From a virus (Duplodnaviria > Caudoviricetes): a stretch of DNA of 64,000 bases. The position numbers were made by a program, and so were the translations under genes. Below, piece by piece: positions 46,742 to 56,933 of this stretch (its first letter is position 1; each line of letters opens with the position of its first letter). The DNA lies in the IMG/VR virus record IMGVR_UViG_3300033463_000041, positions 32,001-96,000 of that record; one strand, given 5' to 3'. A model generated the notes under the pieces. It was not told where the DNA came from. It was given only the letters and a program-made list of their open reading frames with translations, and searched no databases.

Positions 46742-48661
46742 TTAATGCGGGATAATCAGGTTATGATACCTGCCTCTCAGTCTGCCACCAATCGTTTTGT
46801 TGCCGTTGGTAAAGAAGCGGCAGCCTATGAGCAGCGTATCAAAAGCGTCCGTTACGTCCGTTCTGGTTCTGGGGTCAATGCTACCCTCCGTACCTTCGCC
46901 TTTTGCATGTAGCTTTTCACCACCCTTATACTTGCGTATGCCGTTCGGCCCCTGTTCGCAAGCACAGTTCTCAATGGCTGTTATCAAGTATTCGTTACGG
47001 TCTTCATCGGCGTTGATGCGAACGGCAGGGCCTTGCTGGAAACTGAATACATCACAGATAAACTGGAACTTCTGGTTATGCTTCATGGGAGATCCGATAT
47101 CAACGGGTGTTACGCTGGCACGGGCGCGCCTCAGTTCCTCGATAACTACATCATTGAAGTTTTGCGCCTTGGCTCCCTCTACAGCGTATGCCAGTGAGGC
47201 GCCTTGCTTTGCCGTACTGTCATAGTAGTAAATGAAGTCGCCGCCACGATCAATGAACGGACGGTAGTAGCGGCACATATTGCGTATCAGAGCACGTATC
47301 TTCTGCTCGTTCATGGTGAACATACTTTTGAGCACCATCAGAGTCTCACGGCCTTCAAACTTACGAAGCTGTCCGATAACCACGCAATTCAGGTTGGCAT
47401 TGTAGTCTAAAGCTATCCTGATGGGAAGATCATAGTCGATGTCTAAATCCAGGCTGCAATCGTTCACCAGCGACGTGCGTGTCAGGTCGATGGCGTCATA
47501 CTCCACGGCGGTGGGGTTGTTGGCCTGGTCTAAAGCTGTGCGGCTGTAGCGGGTCGTATAGTCAGACAGCAGTTTATCCATCACGGCGAGGTCGCTCTGA
47601 TGGTAAGTATGCAGTTCCGAATCGTAGTTGCAGTAATATCCATCACGTGCCAATCCTTTGCGTTGGCCAAGAATCTGAATATTGTACATCAATGGGGGTA
47701 AGGTTCGACGCATAGTTCTGAACCATTCTTCTCCCAATATCTCAATATTGCTCAAACTGCTGAAACGGAAAAAAATCTTGCTCTTGCAGCGCAATTCATT
47801 GATACGTTTCAAGAATCCGTCTACGTGCCACAATTCAGGCATCTCGTCGGCTTCGGCCAGCATCAGGTCTATCTCGTGGTTGATGTCGTCGGTCTGCGTC
47901 TGCTCCTCCTGCTCCCAGAGCGCCTGCTTCTGCGTGATGGACGGGTCGCTGACAAAGAACTTCGAGAGGTATAGCGGGTTATAGTCCACGTTGTAGCCGA
48001 AGGTATATTTGGCGGTATTGCGAAAACCGTCGCCCATCAGTCCGCTGCCCTTGGAGATCAGTTCGGGTCGGATAGCAGGAAACAACTCTTCCTTCATCTT
48101 CAGGAACGGCAGGTAGCGCGTCTCGTCGGCAGCTGCGCTGGAGAGTGTCATACCATTAACACTGGCGCGTACTGCCATTGATATGGAGTACCAGCACGCA
48201 CCTGTGTTAAAGATGGTTACGTTTTCCCAAGAGCGGGGCTTGCTCAGAGGCAACGGCCAGTGGAGCTTGGCAGGCGGTCGCTGTCGCATGAAGTCACGAC
48301 CTTCTACGAGACCCATCATCTCCAGTCCCTTCACCACGGCAGGCCATGTCTTGATGTAGAGCTGCTTGATGCTGCAGCCCAGGAATACGTTACTGCTACG
48401 TGGAATGCGCAGAGAGGTTTCTTTTACGTGCTCGGCAATGTCGGTGGTCTTACCCGTACCGCGCCCTGCCACCTCGTAAGTCTCACGGCAACGGTAGCGA
48501 CGGCGCTTTGACTGTGCCTCGTTCTCGTAGATATACCGCTGGTTAGGCAACTCCTTCTCTTCTCGCTCTTCCTCGTCGGCATCGCCTGTCGGTTCTGCCA
48601 ATGGGAGCATACGACCCAGAGCCGCGTCGCTGTCGTTGTCTGAAAAGCCTACCCTACTCAT
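46742..48661 (-). CDS. terL: Terminase large subunit
   Basis: Walker A VAGRGTGKT, Walker B AAADE, nuclease IALDYN and TDAFDTL. Confidence 0.9.
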   Translation of the reverse strand: MSRVGFSDNDSDAALGRMLPLAEPTGDADEEEREEKELPNQRYIYENEAQSKRRRYRCRETYEVAGRGTGKTTDIAEHVKETSLRIPRSSNVFLGCSIKQLYIKTWPAVVKGLEMMGLVEGRDFMRQRPPAKLHWPLPLSKPRSWENVTIFNTGACWYSISMAVRASVNGMTLSSAAADETRYLPFLKMKEELFPAIRPELISKGSGLMGDGFRNTAKYTFGYNVDYNPLYLSKFFVSDPSITQKQALWEQEEQTQTDDINHEIDLMLAEADEMPELWHVDGFLKRINELRCKSKIFFRFSSLSNIEILGEEWFRTMRRTLPPLMYNIQILGQRKGLARDGYYCNYDSELHTYHQSDLAVMDKLLSDYTTRYSRTALDQANNPTAVEYDAIDLTRTSLVNDCSLDLDIDYDLPIRIALDYNANLNCVVIGQLRKFEGRETLMVLKSMFTMNEQKIRALIRNMCRYYRPFIDRGGDFIYYYDSTAKQGASLAYAVEGAKAQNFNDVVIEELRRARASVTPVDIGSPMKHNQKFQFICDVFSFQQGPAVRINADEDRNEYLITAIENCACEQGPNGIRKYKGGEKLHAKGEGTEGSIDPRTRTDVTDAFDTLLIGCRFFTNGNKTIGGRLRGRYHNLIIPH

Positions 48662-49329
48662 TATTCTTCCTCCTCTTTCATTTCCTGTGCTGCAGGTTGC
48701 TGTGATTCTCCGATGGCCTTTCCGTCCTTGTCAACAACAAGTCCGTGCTCGTCAATATGTGCGCCCCACTTTGTAGCCAGTTCCAAACGGCGTTCTGCAC
48801 TGACGCGCTTTCTGGTCGGGTCTACCTTCGTCACGTCGGTAGTCGGAATCAATTCGGTATAGGAAGCCTCGCTGATGCGGTTCGGGTCTTCCTCCTCGCG
48901 GTCAAGTCCACCGTATTTGTACTGTTGTTTAAGGCCCATGTCAACAATGGTCATATTGCCCGTGTCAAAGCCAGTGGAGATCATACGCTCTGCGGTACGG
49001 ATGCCACGATACTGTAGCGTCTTGCGCGACGGCAGTTTCAAGAAGTGTTCCTGAATCCATTCAAACCACTCAGCATCCTTCTTTGCAGCCGTCAGCAGGT
49101 CGCCTCTATCCTTGTATTTCTTGTCATCAGCCTTTAGCATCGAACGTGCCAACTCCAATGGATTGACGTATGGGTTCTGTAGCCATGCCATGTAGATGGC
49201 CTTCACCCGCGTCAGCCTTGCCTTCTGAGGTTTGGTAATGTCAAGGTCAACAATAGGCACGTCGGCCTCGAAGTGGAGCGTAATACCCCGCTTCACCTCG
49301 TCTGGTATGTTGTACACGAAGTTTGCCAT
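48661..49329 (-). CDS. Probable terminase small subunit
   Basis: Immediately upstream of and coupled to terL; helical. Confidence 0.5.
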   Translation of the reverse strand: MANFVYNIPDEVKRGITLHFEADVPIVDLDITKPQKARLTRVKAIYMAWLQNPYVNPLELARSMLKADDKKYKDRGDLLTAAKKDAEWFEWIQEHFLKLPSRKTLQYRGIRTAERMISTGFDTGNMTIVDMGLKQQYKYGGLDREEEDPNRISEASYTELIPTTDVTKVDPTRKRVSAERRLELATKWGAHIDEHGLVVDKDGKAIGESQQPAAQEMKEEEE

Positions 49330-49332
49330 AGT

Positions 49333-50025
49333 CTAAATTCTTGAATACTCCTTCTTCGCATCAAAGCTCGGACAGCTCTTGATCCACTCCTGCGGCTCGA
49401 CAATACCATTGTGGTTCTTGTCGGGCGAAAAGTCGCGGTGGCCACTGATCTTTGCCTTTGGGTATAGCTTGCGCAGCTCTACCAACAACGAGAGCAAAGA
49501 CGCCTTCTGGGCCTCCGTTCGCGTGTCCTTTGCCTTCAGCTTATTGTATGGCACACCTGGCTTGTTCTCCAGACCGCCCACGTATGATATGCCGATGCTG
49601 TGTGCGTTATAGCCGTTGACGTGCGCCCCTATCAGGTCAACATCACGTCCGTTCCATTTCTCGCCATTCAGCCCAATCACATAGTGGTAGCCGATGTCGC
49701 TCCAGCCGTTCTTCTTGTGTTCTGCACGAATCTGGTCAACAGTCATTGCCTGTCCCTCTCTCGATGCCGTACAATGGATGACGATATCCGTTATCACCCT
49801 GCGTGACTTCTTCAGATGGAAAGCCTGTTTGACTACCGCCGGCAGGAGTTTTGCCAAAGTGGCCGGACCCGCTATGCCGTCTGGCGTCAGGTTATGTTCG
49901 CGCTGCCATGTCATCAGCGCCTCACGGGTGAGCGGGCCAAACTGCCCGTCTTGCACCAAGTGCAGCGCACCCTGTATCTGTTTCACTACAGGGCCGCTGC
50001 TTCCAAGTTTATAAAGTGTAGCCAT
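49333..50025 (-). CDS. Endolysin: PG-binding domain + N-acetylmuramoyl-L-alanine amidase (Amidase_2)
   Basis: DGQFGPLT / DGIAGPAT; IVIHCTA, DIGYHYVI, GHRDFSPD and KSCPSFD Zn-amidase motifs. Confidence 0.92.
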   Translation of the reverse strand: MATLYKLGSSGPVVKQIQGALHLVQDGQFGPLTREALMTWQREHNLTPDGIAGPATLAKLLPAVVKQAFHLKKSRRVITDIVIHCTASREGQAMTVDQIRAEHKKNGWSDIGYHYVIGLNGEKWNGRDVDLIGAHVNGYNAHSIGISYVGGLENKPGVPYNKLKAKDTRTEAQKASLLSLLVELRKLYPKAKISGHRDFSPDKNHNGIVEPQEWIKSCPSFDAKKEYSRI

Positions 50026-50046
50026 GATTCTTCACTCTTTACTCTA

Positions 50047-50712
50047 TTAGGGCCATTCGCCTAAAGGACCGTTTACGTTTGGGATGGGGAACGATGGGCA
50101 CCACTCCGTAATGTTACCAGTCACCGCATCAATGAAGATAGGATCACCGATGGTTCCCAACACCCACTGAGCGTTACAGTTCCTCGGACCTACAGGCATT
50201 CGCAGCACCATACCCTTAGCAGGTGGGATGACACCGTTCCACTCCTTCAAGCGTTTCAGCACGTCCATAGGCCACAGCTTAATCTCGCAGTTATCCAGCT
50301 CGTCGTCTTCAATCCACACGTCGATGATAGGATGCGGAATAATCGTACCCTTATTAACGTTAGAACTGATGTACTGAACGTGAGGCCCCTCGTCATTCCA
50401 GTAGAAGAATACGTCAGTAATGTCAGTGATGTGCAGGTCGTCGATGTTCTCAGCCTTGATGGTATCGTTGAACACCACTTGCAGGTTGCGCCACTCGTAG
50501 GTCTTACCACCAATCAGGTTGAACATCGTCTGACGATGCAGGGCGACGATGTTAGCCACACCAGCCGTAAAGTCCTGTACCACGCCGTCATAGTCGCTGC
50601 CAGCCACCACTACGGCCTTCTCCTGCGGTTTCTCACTCTTGCCGCATCCGTTGCAGGATGCCATCATGCCTACGACTATCGCCATCAGCATGCAGAAAAG
50701 AATCTTTTTCAT
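50047..50712 (-). CDS. Lipoprotein of unknown function
   Basis: MKKILFCMLMAIVVGMMASC lipobox. Confidence 0.7.
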   Translation of the reverse strand: MKKILFCMLMAIVVGMMASCNGCGKSEKPQEKAVVVAGSDYDGVVQDFTAGVANIVALHRQTMFNLIGGKTYEWRNLQVVFNDTIKAENIDDLHITDITDVFFYWNDEGPHVQYISSNVNKGTIIPHPIIDVWIEDDELDNCEIKLWPMDVLKRLKEWNGVIPPAKGMVLRMPVGPRNCNAQWVLGTIGDPIFIDAVTGNITEWCPSFPIPNVNGPLGEWP

Positions 50713-50770
50713 CTTTCGTTTTTGTGTTTTGTTAATAATGTTTTGTTTATTGTGTCGCGATAATCGCGCC

Positions 50771-51139
50771 TCAATCAATATACTCTTCCGCTTCCTCCCA
50801 GCCCGTATCGGGTTTGAAGTCGTCGCGCTCCTTCAGGTACATCACCCTCATGCCCGACAGCGACTGCCAGCGGAAGCCCAGGTCATGCAGCTGCTTCTCA
50901 GCCGACGGCCACGGGTCTCCCCAGTCGATGCTTGCACGCAGTCCCATCGCGTCGCGCAACTGTCCCACGTCCATGACCTCCACGCCGATGTCAAACCTCG
51001 GCCACGGCATCCAGCGCTCGTTGAACGCCTCGACCGCCTTCGTCACGTTGTCATCCACCGCGTCGATGTCCGTCACCTTCTTCGGCGCCTTCTCTTCGTC
51101 GTTCTGTGCCATATCTGGAAACTTACTCGGAATCGTCAC
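50771..51139 (-). CDS. Hypothetical protein
   Basis: 122-aa ORF in operon. Confidence 0.6.
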   Translation of the reverse strand: MTIPSKFPDMAQNDEEKAPKKVTDIDAVDDNVTKAVEAFNERWMPWPRFDIGVEVMDVGQLRDAMGLRASIDWGDPWPSAEKQLHDLGFRWQSLSGMRVMYLKERDDFKPDTGWEEAEEYID

Positions 51140-51686
51140 ATTCTTTATCGTCGGCGAACTGCGCTCTCTGAGCCTCCAGTTCCTCGTCCGTCAGATACAG
51201 GTTCCAGTCGATGCAGAGGTTCAGCGGCTCGTCACGCTGGAACTGCAACATCACCGCAAACCAGCCGTTCTGCAGCGGACCGACACTCAGGATGTCGATG
51301 TACGCACCGTCAAGGTTGATGCGTGCGAAGTCGCCTTTGATGTCGTTGTCAATCTCCTCATCGTGCTTCTTCTTCAGCCACGACAGGAAGTTCCTTGCAT
51401 GAAACATAGCCGTCTCATACGCCACAGCCGCCTCGTCGCCGTCGGCCATCTTCTCGGCCCTGACAAAGAAGTAAATCGGATAGTTCAGTACTGGACATTC
51501 AATAGGTCCGCTACCGTCCACCCCACTCTCCATTACCACGCATGGCGAAAAGGCGTTGCTGATGTCCTTGGCCATATCCACCACGCCCATCTGCGAGTCA
51601 GTCAGGTAGAAGCGTTTGTTCTCCTTCGTGTGCTTCATGTACTTATACCGCTCGCACCACTGTTTAACAATCGAATGAAAAGTCAT
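51123..51686 (-). CDS. Possible tail terminator/completion protein
   Basis: SPCVVMES...SVGPLQNGWFAVMLQF pattern. Confidence 0.45.
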   Translation of the reverse strand: MTFHSIVKQWCERYKYMKHTKENKRFYLTDSQMGVVDMAKDISNAFSPCVVMESGVDGSGPIECPVLNYPIYFFVRAEKMADGDEAAVAYETAMFHARNFLSWLKKKHDEEIDNDIKGDFARINLDGAYIDILSVGPLQNGWFAVMLQFQRDEPLNLCIDWNLYLTDEELEAQRAQFADDKECDDSE

Positions 51687-51707
51687 AGTCGTTTTGTGTT
51701 TGTGTTG

Positions 51708-52763
51708 TTACACCTTTATCTGGTCGAGGTCGATGCCATAGACCTTGGCGCTGTTGACCACCGCCTCCGTCACCGTCTCTTTACCTCCGATCTTCACCAT
51801 CTCGCGGTACTTATCCACCCACTTCTTCACGTAGGCATCGTGCTTCTCGCCTGGTTCCTTCGGGCCTCGCGTGTCGCGCAGCGCATTACGCAACTGCTTT
51901 ACACGCGCCTTCTGCTCTTTCGTCAGCTCACCTGAATCTTGAACCTTGGAACTTGAAACGACATGCGCATGTCCCAGGTCATCGACAGTAACACGTCCTG
52001 CCTTTACAGCCTTCGCCCACTCAGCGTCCAGCTCCTTACGGATGCTCTTTACCTGACTGTCAATCCTCGTGGCGGTCTTTGCCCACTTCTCGCGGTCAGC
52101 ATTCTTGGCGTTCGGGTCGTTTATCAGCAGGCTCATATTCTTACGGGCTTCCTCCAGACCGCGCATCAGCTCGCCATACTTAGCCGCACGCTCCTGCGTC
52201 TTCTTCGGCAGGATATGCACGTACTGGGAAATATGTTCTGGACGCGGAATAATGCCAGGTTCTTGTGGCTTGACGCCTGCGCCAACGGTCTGCGTTGCCT
52301 TGGAGGTTCCCGCCGCAGACTCCTCTTTTGCCGCTTTCTTGGCGCCAGCCTTACCTGAATCCTGAATCTTGGCACCTGAAACCACAATGTTCTCTCCCTG
52401 CAGAGCCACAGGCTTTGCCCCGTCTGGCTCACCCATCGTCTTCAGGCATTTCACCATTCTTCGGATGCTTCTGTAGGCAGCCTTGCCATACAGTCTGTCA
52501 GGCAGCCACGTGTCGGCCATGTTCGAGAACGATGACAGTAGCCGTGCGCCCTCTTCCCAGGCGCGGCATTCCTCGTCGTTCCATCGGCCACTCACCTGCA
52601 TCACGTTCTGCAGCTGTGCCTCCGGTTCCTCGGCACGTCTCAGCAACATCTTGGCAGCGGAGCGCAACCACTCCCCTACCCGCTTTGCTATTGTCAGCCG
52701 CTCACCGGCATCCATGTTATCGTACCTCTTGAGGTACTCGCTCAATGTTATCTTCTTGATCAT
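51708..52763 (-). CDS. Hypothetical helical protein
   Basis: Long ORF; ATG 52763 avoids overlap with the upstream gene. Confidence 0.65.
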   Translation of the reverse strand: MIKKITLSEYLKRYDNMDAGERLTIAKRVGEWLRSAAKMLLRRAEEPEAQLQNVMQVSGRWNDEECRAWEEGARLLSSFSNMADTWLPDRLYGKAAYRSIRRMVKCLKTMGEPDGAKPVALQGENIVVSGAKIQDSGKAGAKKAAKEESAAGTSKATQTVGAGVKPQEPGIIPRPEHISQYVHILPKKTQERAAKYGELMRGLEEARKNMSLLINDPNAKNADREKWAKTATRIDSQVKSIRKELDAEWAKAVKAGRVTVDDLGHAHVVSSSKVQDSGELTKEQKARVKQLRNALRDTRGPKEPGEKHDAYVKKWVDKYREMVKIGGKETVTEAVVNSAKVYGIDLDQIKV

Positions 52764-52768
52764 AGTCG

Positions 52769-53191
52769 TTACTCTTTTGGTTTCTGCTCTTTCTTCATCT
52801 CCTGTTGTTCCTTCATCCACATCATGTAGCAATAGCGGAAAGCATTTTCGCCCAGCTGCTTGATAACCTTACGGATGACCGACGGCTGCTGTGACTGTCG
52901 CGCACGAATCAGGTCGAACTCCTTCAGGATCGCCTCTGCGTCGTTCGTGCCGAAGCGTCTGAGGAACACCTCGTAATCATTCTTCGTGTTGTAGTGGATG
53001 CCGTATTTTGCCTTGGCATCGCGCATCATTTTCAGCATCTGCTTCACGGCCTCCTTGATACCTTCCAGCACACGCTCTCTCGGCACATCCACCATCTTCA
53101 TGCCCTGCTGCTGCAACTCCTTTTCGATTTGCTGCTTCTGTTGGGACTGCTCTTGTTCTGGGGCTTTCGCCTCTTGTTTCTTCTTTGCCAT
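52769..53191 (-). CDS. Hypothetical protein
   Basis: 140-aa ORF in operon. Confidence 0.65.
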   Translation of the reverse strand: MAKKKQEAKAPEQEQSQQKQQIEKELQQQGMKMVDVPRERVLEGIKEAVKQMLKMMRDAKAKYGIHYNTKNDYEVFLRRFGTNDAEAILKEFDLIRARQSQQPSVIRKVIKQLGENAFRYCYMMWMKEQQEMKKEQKPKE

Positions 53192-53228
53192 ATCTCAAAA
53201 ATTAAAATTAGATATTTTCAGTCTCTCG

Positions 53229-53789
53229 TTAGAAGAATATCGCTTTTGCGAAATAGATAACGGCTGATGCGATAGATATCATTTTCAACCAGAAGAAAGC
53301 CCATGCACCACAGCCTACCCATGCAGGATAGTCTTTGGGTGTCAACTGATGGCGGTTAATCTGACGCATGAAAAGCCACGACGTAAACGTCTGCCAAACG
53401 GCTTGCAATACGGATAGCAGCATGTAAATAACTGCAAGTGCAGTACAAATAGAAAATGTATGAAACGCATGGCCTGATATCAAACCGCCAGTCATCATAA
53501 CAGTAAACATCCATGCTACCATGTCGGCACGTTCGCCAGCCTTCACACTGCGCTCCTGATAATAGTCGTAGACTTCCTTTTCCGTCAACACGTCTTCGTC
53601 AGGTATTTCCTCAAACACCTTACCACGGGCATTATCTACACCATATACGTCCTGGCATAAACCAGACTCACACTCTTCGTGGCAATAATCCTTCAAAGCA
53701 CAACGGTCACATTCGCTCCCGTCACCGATGGTGTCAGGTACAAGAGCGTATGTTTTTCCGTTAATTTTAATTTCATTGTCTTTATTCAT
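53229..53789 (-). CDS. Hypothetical: Cys-cluster N-terminus plus 3 TM helices (possible holin candidate)
   Basis: CDRCALKDYCHEECESGLC followed by hydrophobic segments; first gene after a promoter copy. Confidence 0.55.
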   Translation of the reverse strand: MNKDNEIKINGKTYALVPDTIGDGSECDRCALKDYCHEECESGLCQDVYGVDNARGKVFEEIPDEDVLTEKEVYDYYQERSVKAGERADMVAWMFTVMMTGGLISGHAFHTFSICTALAVIYMLLSVLQAVWQTFTSWLFMRQINRHQLTPKDYPAWVGCGAWAFFWLKMISIASAVIYFAKAIFF

Positions 53790-53813
53790 AATTCGCCGAA
53801 TTTGTCTTTTGCA

Positions 53814-53849
53814 CTAAGATACATATATGTGATTCCTACGTCAAGGGCA
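53814..53849 (-). promoter_or_regulatory. Phage-specific promoter motif (TGCCCTTGAC-N18-TATCTTAG)
   Basis: Heads the leftward lysis/packaging gene run. Confidence 0.75.
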
Positions 53850-53904
53850 AATGAGTTAAGAACGTTTGCCGCCTTATTTAGTTAATAATACTTAAAACTG
53901 TGTG

Positions 53905-54381
53905 ACTTTGCGGTTGCAAAGTTGTGCGGTTGCAAAACTTTTCCTATCTTTGCACCAACTGATAGCTCTAATGCTTAAAGGATTCCGCTACAACAGTCCT
54001 GAGCAAGCGGGCAAGATGTCGGCCACAAAGCTACACATTATGAACACTTTATCGACAAGCCTTTCTAAGGCTCCTGGTGCATCTTTATTGCATAGTTGCA
54101 TAGTTGCACAACCACACAATTACAAAACCGCATATCCACACAACTATGCGGCTAAATACCTATTATATATAATTATGCAGTTGTGCGGTCGTGTAATTGC
54201 AGTGTTTTGTAACCGCATAACCACACAAATACAACACTGCACAATTATGTATATTTGCAACTACACAACCGCACATTTGCACAATAATACATTCAAGTGG
54301 CCGCACAATCGCACAAATACAATACCGCACACGTATGCACATTTGCAGTTGTGCAACCGCGCATTTACACAATCGCAAAAT
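53905..54381. repeat. Degenerate ~8-bp repeat arrays (ACCGCACA/ATTGCACA-like, both orientations), putative parS centromere
   Basis: Dense periodic repeats at 53905-53936 and 54085-54381, around a TATCTTTG -7 box (53945-52) upstream of parA. Confidence 0.65.
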
Positions 54382-54416
54382 TTTAAGCTACAACAAATAT
54401 TATAAGGAGTAAAACT

Positions 54417-55283
54417 ATGAGTAAGAACAAAGCTACACATCTGCGTCACATCGTGACCGTAAGCAACAACAAGGGTGGGGCAGGAAAGACCACCACAGTA
54501 TTGAACTTGGCAGTGGCCATTATGAAACGAGGCTACCGCGTTCTTGTCATCGACATGGATCCTCAGTGCAACCTCTCCACCAGTATCGGGTGGGACATGA
54601 AGCGCCAGGGAACGAAGAAAGAACCCGGGGAGCCTACGATGTTCACAGCACTTTGTGAGGGAGCAAACATTCCCGTGTATCGTAACAGCATTGGACTATA
54701 CTACACGCCATCGTCACGATGGATGGAGGATGCCGACGTCTATCTGAACAGCAACAAGGTGACAGACCCTGTAAGAGCCTTACGTGCCTTGTTAGCCGAA
54801 CCCATCGACGACCACACTGGCGAAGGACTCACAGAATGGGAGAGCAGTTTTGATTTCATCTTCATCGACACCCAACCCGCCATGAGCCGTGTCACGGTCA
54901 ATGCCGTATGCGCTGCCGACGGCATTATCATTCCCGTTGAGCTGGAGCAGTTTGCCGTTGACGGCTATGTCGAAACTATCGGTAAGATCATCAAGATCAA
55001 GAAAGTCTCAAACCCGACGCTGCAGATTCACGGCATATTACTCACGAAGGTAAACAACCGCTTGAAGAACGCTAAGAACTGGGAGGCCGACATGCGCGAC
55101 CAGGGCGACGTGTTCAATGCCGTCATCCGTCGCTCTAACGACATCACCAACTCGCAAGACCGCAGCTACGACACCACACCCGATGCCTGTCACGACATCT
55201 TCAGCTATCGTGGTGCCAGGAGCAATGTCAGCGAAGACTTCATCCTGCTTGCAGACGAATACCTGAAGAAATGGGGAAAGTAG
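54417..55283 (+). CDS. parA: ParA-family partition ATPase
   Basis: Deviant Walker A NNKGGAGKTTT, LVIDMDPQCNLS and FIFIDTQP. Confidence 0.93.
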   Translation: MSKNKATHLRHIVTVSNNKGGAGKTTTVLNLAVAIMKRGYRVLVIDMDPQCNLSTSIGWDMKRQGTKKEPGEPTMFTALCEGANIPVYRNSIGLYYTPSSRWMEDADVYLNSNKVTDPVRALRALLAEPIDDHTGEGLTEWESSFDFIFIDTQPAMSRVTVNAVCAADGIIIPVELEQFAVDGYVETIGKIIKIKKVSNPTLQIHGILLTKVNNRLKNAKNWEADMRDQGDVFNAVIRRSNDITNSQDRSYDTTPDACHDIFSYRGARSNVSEDFILLADEYLKKWGK

Positions 55284-55320
55284 CATAACTGCACAGCCGC
55301 ATAGTTGTGCGGTTGCATAA
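55284..55320. repeat. Second cluster of parS-like repeats
   Basis: ACTGCACAGCCGCATAGTTGTGCGGTTGCATAA between parA and the next gene. Confidence 0.6.
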
Positions 55321-55358
55321 CAAGTTTTCAAATGTCAAACAAATAAAGTTATCACATT

Positions 55359-55733
55359 ATGGGAAAGAAAGAAGAACCCCGCCGCCGTTCGCTCAACGCA
55401 CTGATAGAAGCGGCAGCAAGTGAAGACATCGACGTGGCAGGCATCGGCACAGAGCCACAAAACCAGCAGGCGCAAGAGAGTGTGTCATCCTCTTCGTCAT
55501 CCAGTAGCAGCAGTAGTGAATCATTCCCTACCAAGAAGGCAACAACCATCATGCCAAAGGAGGTGTTCAATGCCCTGCAGATGTACTGTACGCAGACCGA
55601 CACCCCGAAGCATCGTGCCCTCTATCTCTTTATTCTTGACGGCCTACATGCCGCAGGCCAGATATCCGACGACGACTACCAACGCTTCCGCGACATGGCC
55701 GCATTGCTTACTACCACCTACGAAAAGAAGTAA
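55359..55733 (+). CDS. Small centromere-binding-protein candidate (type Ib, RHH-like)
   Basis: Downstream of parA; disordered N-terminus, then KATTIMPKEVFNALQMYC strand-helix. Confidence 0.55.
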   Translation: MGKKEEPRRRSLNALIEAAASEDIDVAGIGTEPQNQQAQESVSSSSSSSSSSSESFPTKKATTIMPKEVFNALQMYCTQTDTPKHRALYLFILDGLHAAGQISDDDYQRFRDMAALLTTTYEKK

Positions 55734-55737
55734 GGCT

Positions 55738-55962
55738 ATGACACCAGAAGAATATATTGAGAAACTGAAAGAAGCCCAGCGCACGCTTATCCTCGTGAAG
55801 GAAGATCTTGACAGAGCTATTCACAGGATGGAAAAGCGTTTAGAAACGGGTTATGAATATTATGAGAAGGATAGCCGTCTGGCAGCTTTGGCAGGACGTG
55901 AATATATCAAGTTAGTTGATAAAAGTATTTATGAATTAGCAACGAATAAAATTGAGTATTGA
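55738..55962 (+). CDS. Small hypothetical protein
   Basis: MTPEEYIEKLKEAQ...; real start lies inside the track ORF 55420-55962. Confidence 0.55.
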   Translation: MTPEEYIEKLKEAQRTLILVKEDLDRAIHRMEKRLETGYEYYEKDSRLAALAGREYIKLVDKSIYELATNKIEY

Positions 55963-55964
55963 TT

Positions 55965-56129
55965 ATGAAGCATACAGAAAGTGAAGCATACGAATTGATA
56001 GATGCTTGTAATGAGAACATCAACAGCGGAGATGTGAATAGTGCTGGCAGTTATGACGAAGGTGTCAGAGACGCCTTGCTTTGGCTCCTCGATGGGACTG
56101 CAAAACCATTTATAGGTAGAGAACTTTAA
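55965..56129 (+). CDS. Small hypothetical protein (54 aa, not in the ORF track)
   Basis: MKHTESEAYELIDAC...SYDEGVRDALLWLLDG fills the gap between its neighbours. Confidence 0.55.
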   Translation: MKHTESEAYELIDACNENINSGDVNSAGSYDEGVRDALLWLLDGTAKPFIGREL

Positions 56130-56141
56130 AGCGATACGTCT

Positions 56142-56387
56142 ATGCAACAGTACACGCATGATTATACGCTGGTGTCAGAGGCCGAAAGCCATCTGTACGC
56201 AGCACAACAGTTAGAGGCGCATGAGCAGCCCGAAGAGGCATGGAAGCATATTGCGGATGCTCGTCGCATATTACAGCAGTTTCTCTCGCAGAACAACATG
56301 GTTCCAGACGATGAAGTCTATGACGGCTGGGTGAAGTCCAACGACGTGAAAGAAGAAATCGAACGACTAAAACAGCAGCAGCTATGA
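56142..56387 (+). CDS. Small hypothetical protein
   Basis: 81-aa ORF coupled to the next gene. Confidence 0.55.
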   Translation: MQQYTHDYTLVSEAESHLYAAQQLEAHEQPEEAWKHIADARRILQQFLSQNNMVPDDEVYDGWVKSNDVKEEIERLKQQQL

Positions 56388-56788
56388 AAACAATTATTTC
56401 CGCAGGCCGCATCATGATCCTGGTGCTTGCAAGTCTCTTGGCTTTTACGTCCTGCAGCAAGGACGAAGACCCAGGCATCAGGGATTACGATCTGATTGGC
56501 CAATGGATTTCTGACGTCAGGAATAATACACGGATATATACGTTTGGTGGTGATCTCAGAGGATACTATAACGATTCATCTGGCAGATGGTCCGACTTAA
56601 CATACACGATTTCTGAACTCGGACATATCCATATCAAATTCTTCAATAGTAAGACCAAGGAATTTGAAGAAGAGCATGACTGGACTTACAGCGTCTCCGG
56701 CAATACGCTGTGGCTGAATGGAACATCGTTCACCAGAAAGAAGGACAGCACACCTGTAGATTCCGTTGTGTCAGCGCGCCGACAATAG
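56384..56788 (+). CDS. Lipoprotein (lipocalin-like beta fold possible)
   Basis: LLAFTSC-SKDED lipobox with Bacteroidetes acidic surface-export-like signal; LIGQW motif. Confidence 0.7.
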   Translation: MKTIISAGRIMILVLASLLAFTSCSKDEDPGIRDYDLIGQWISDVRNNTRIYTFGGDLRGYYNDSSGRWSDLTYTISELGHIHIKFFNSKTKEFEEEHDWTYSVSGNTLWLNGTSFTRKKDSTPVDSVVSARRQ

Positions 56789-56807
56789 GGTAGGGCTGGA
56801 AAACATG

Positions 56808-56850
56808 GCAACGACCGCACCGAGGATAACAAGGCGATGCGGTCGTTGTT
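56808..56850. terminator. Hairpin between convergent genes
   Basis: CAACGACCGCA...TGCGGTCGTTG. Confidence 0.55.
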
Positions 56851-56933
56851 GTATTATAATCGTAAAGATTTGGCGCGGACAGATTTAAAGTCTGTGTGCC
56901 TTATCGGTTGATAGCCCGAAAGCGATTTACAAC

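Noticed and set aside
53902-54449. ORFs over the region upstream of parA
   Set aside because: Products of the octamer repeat array
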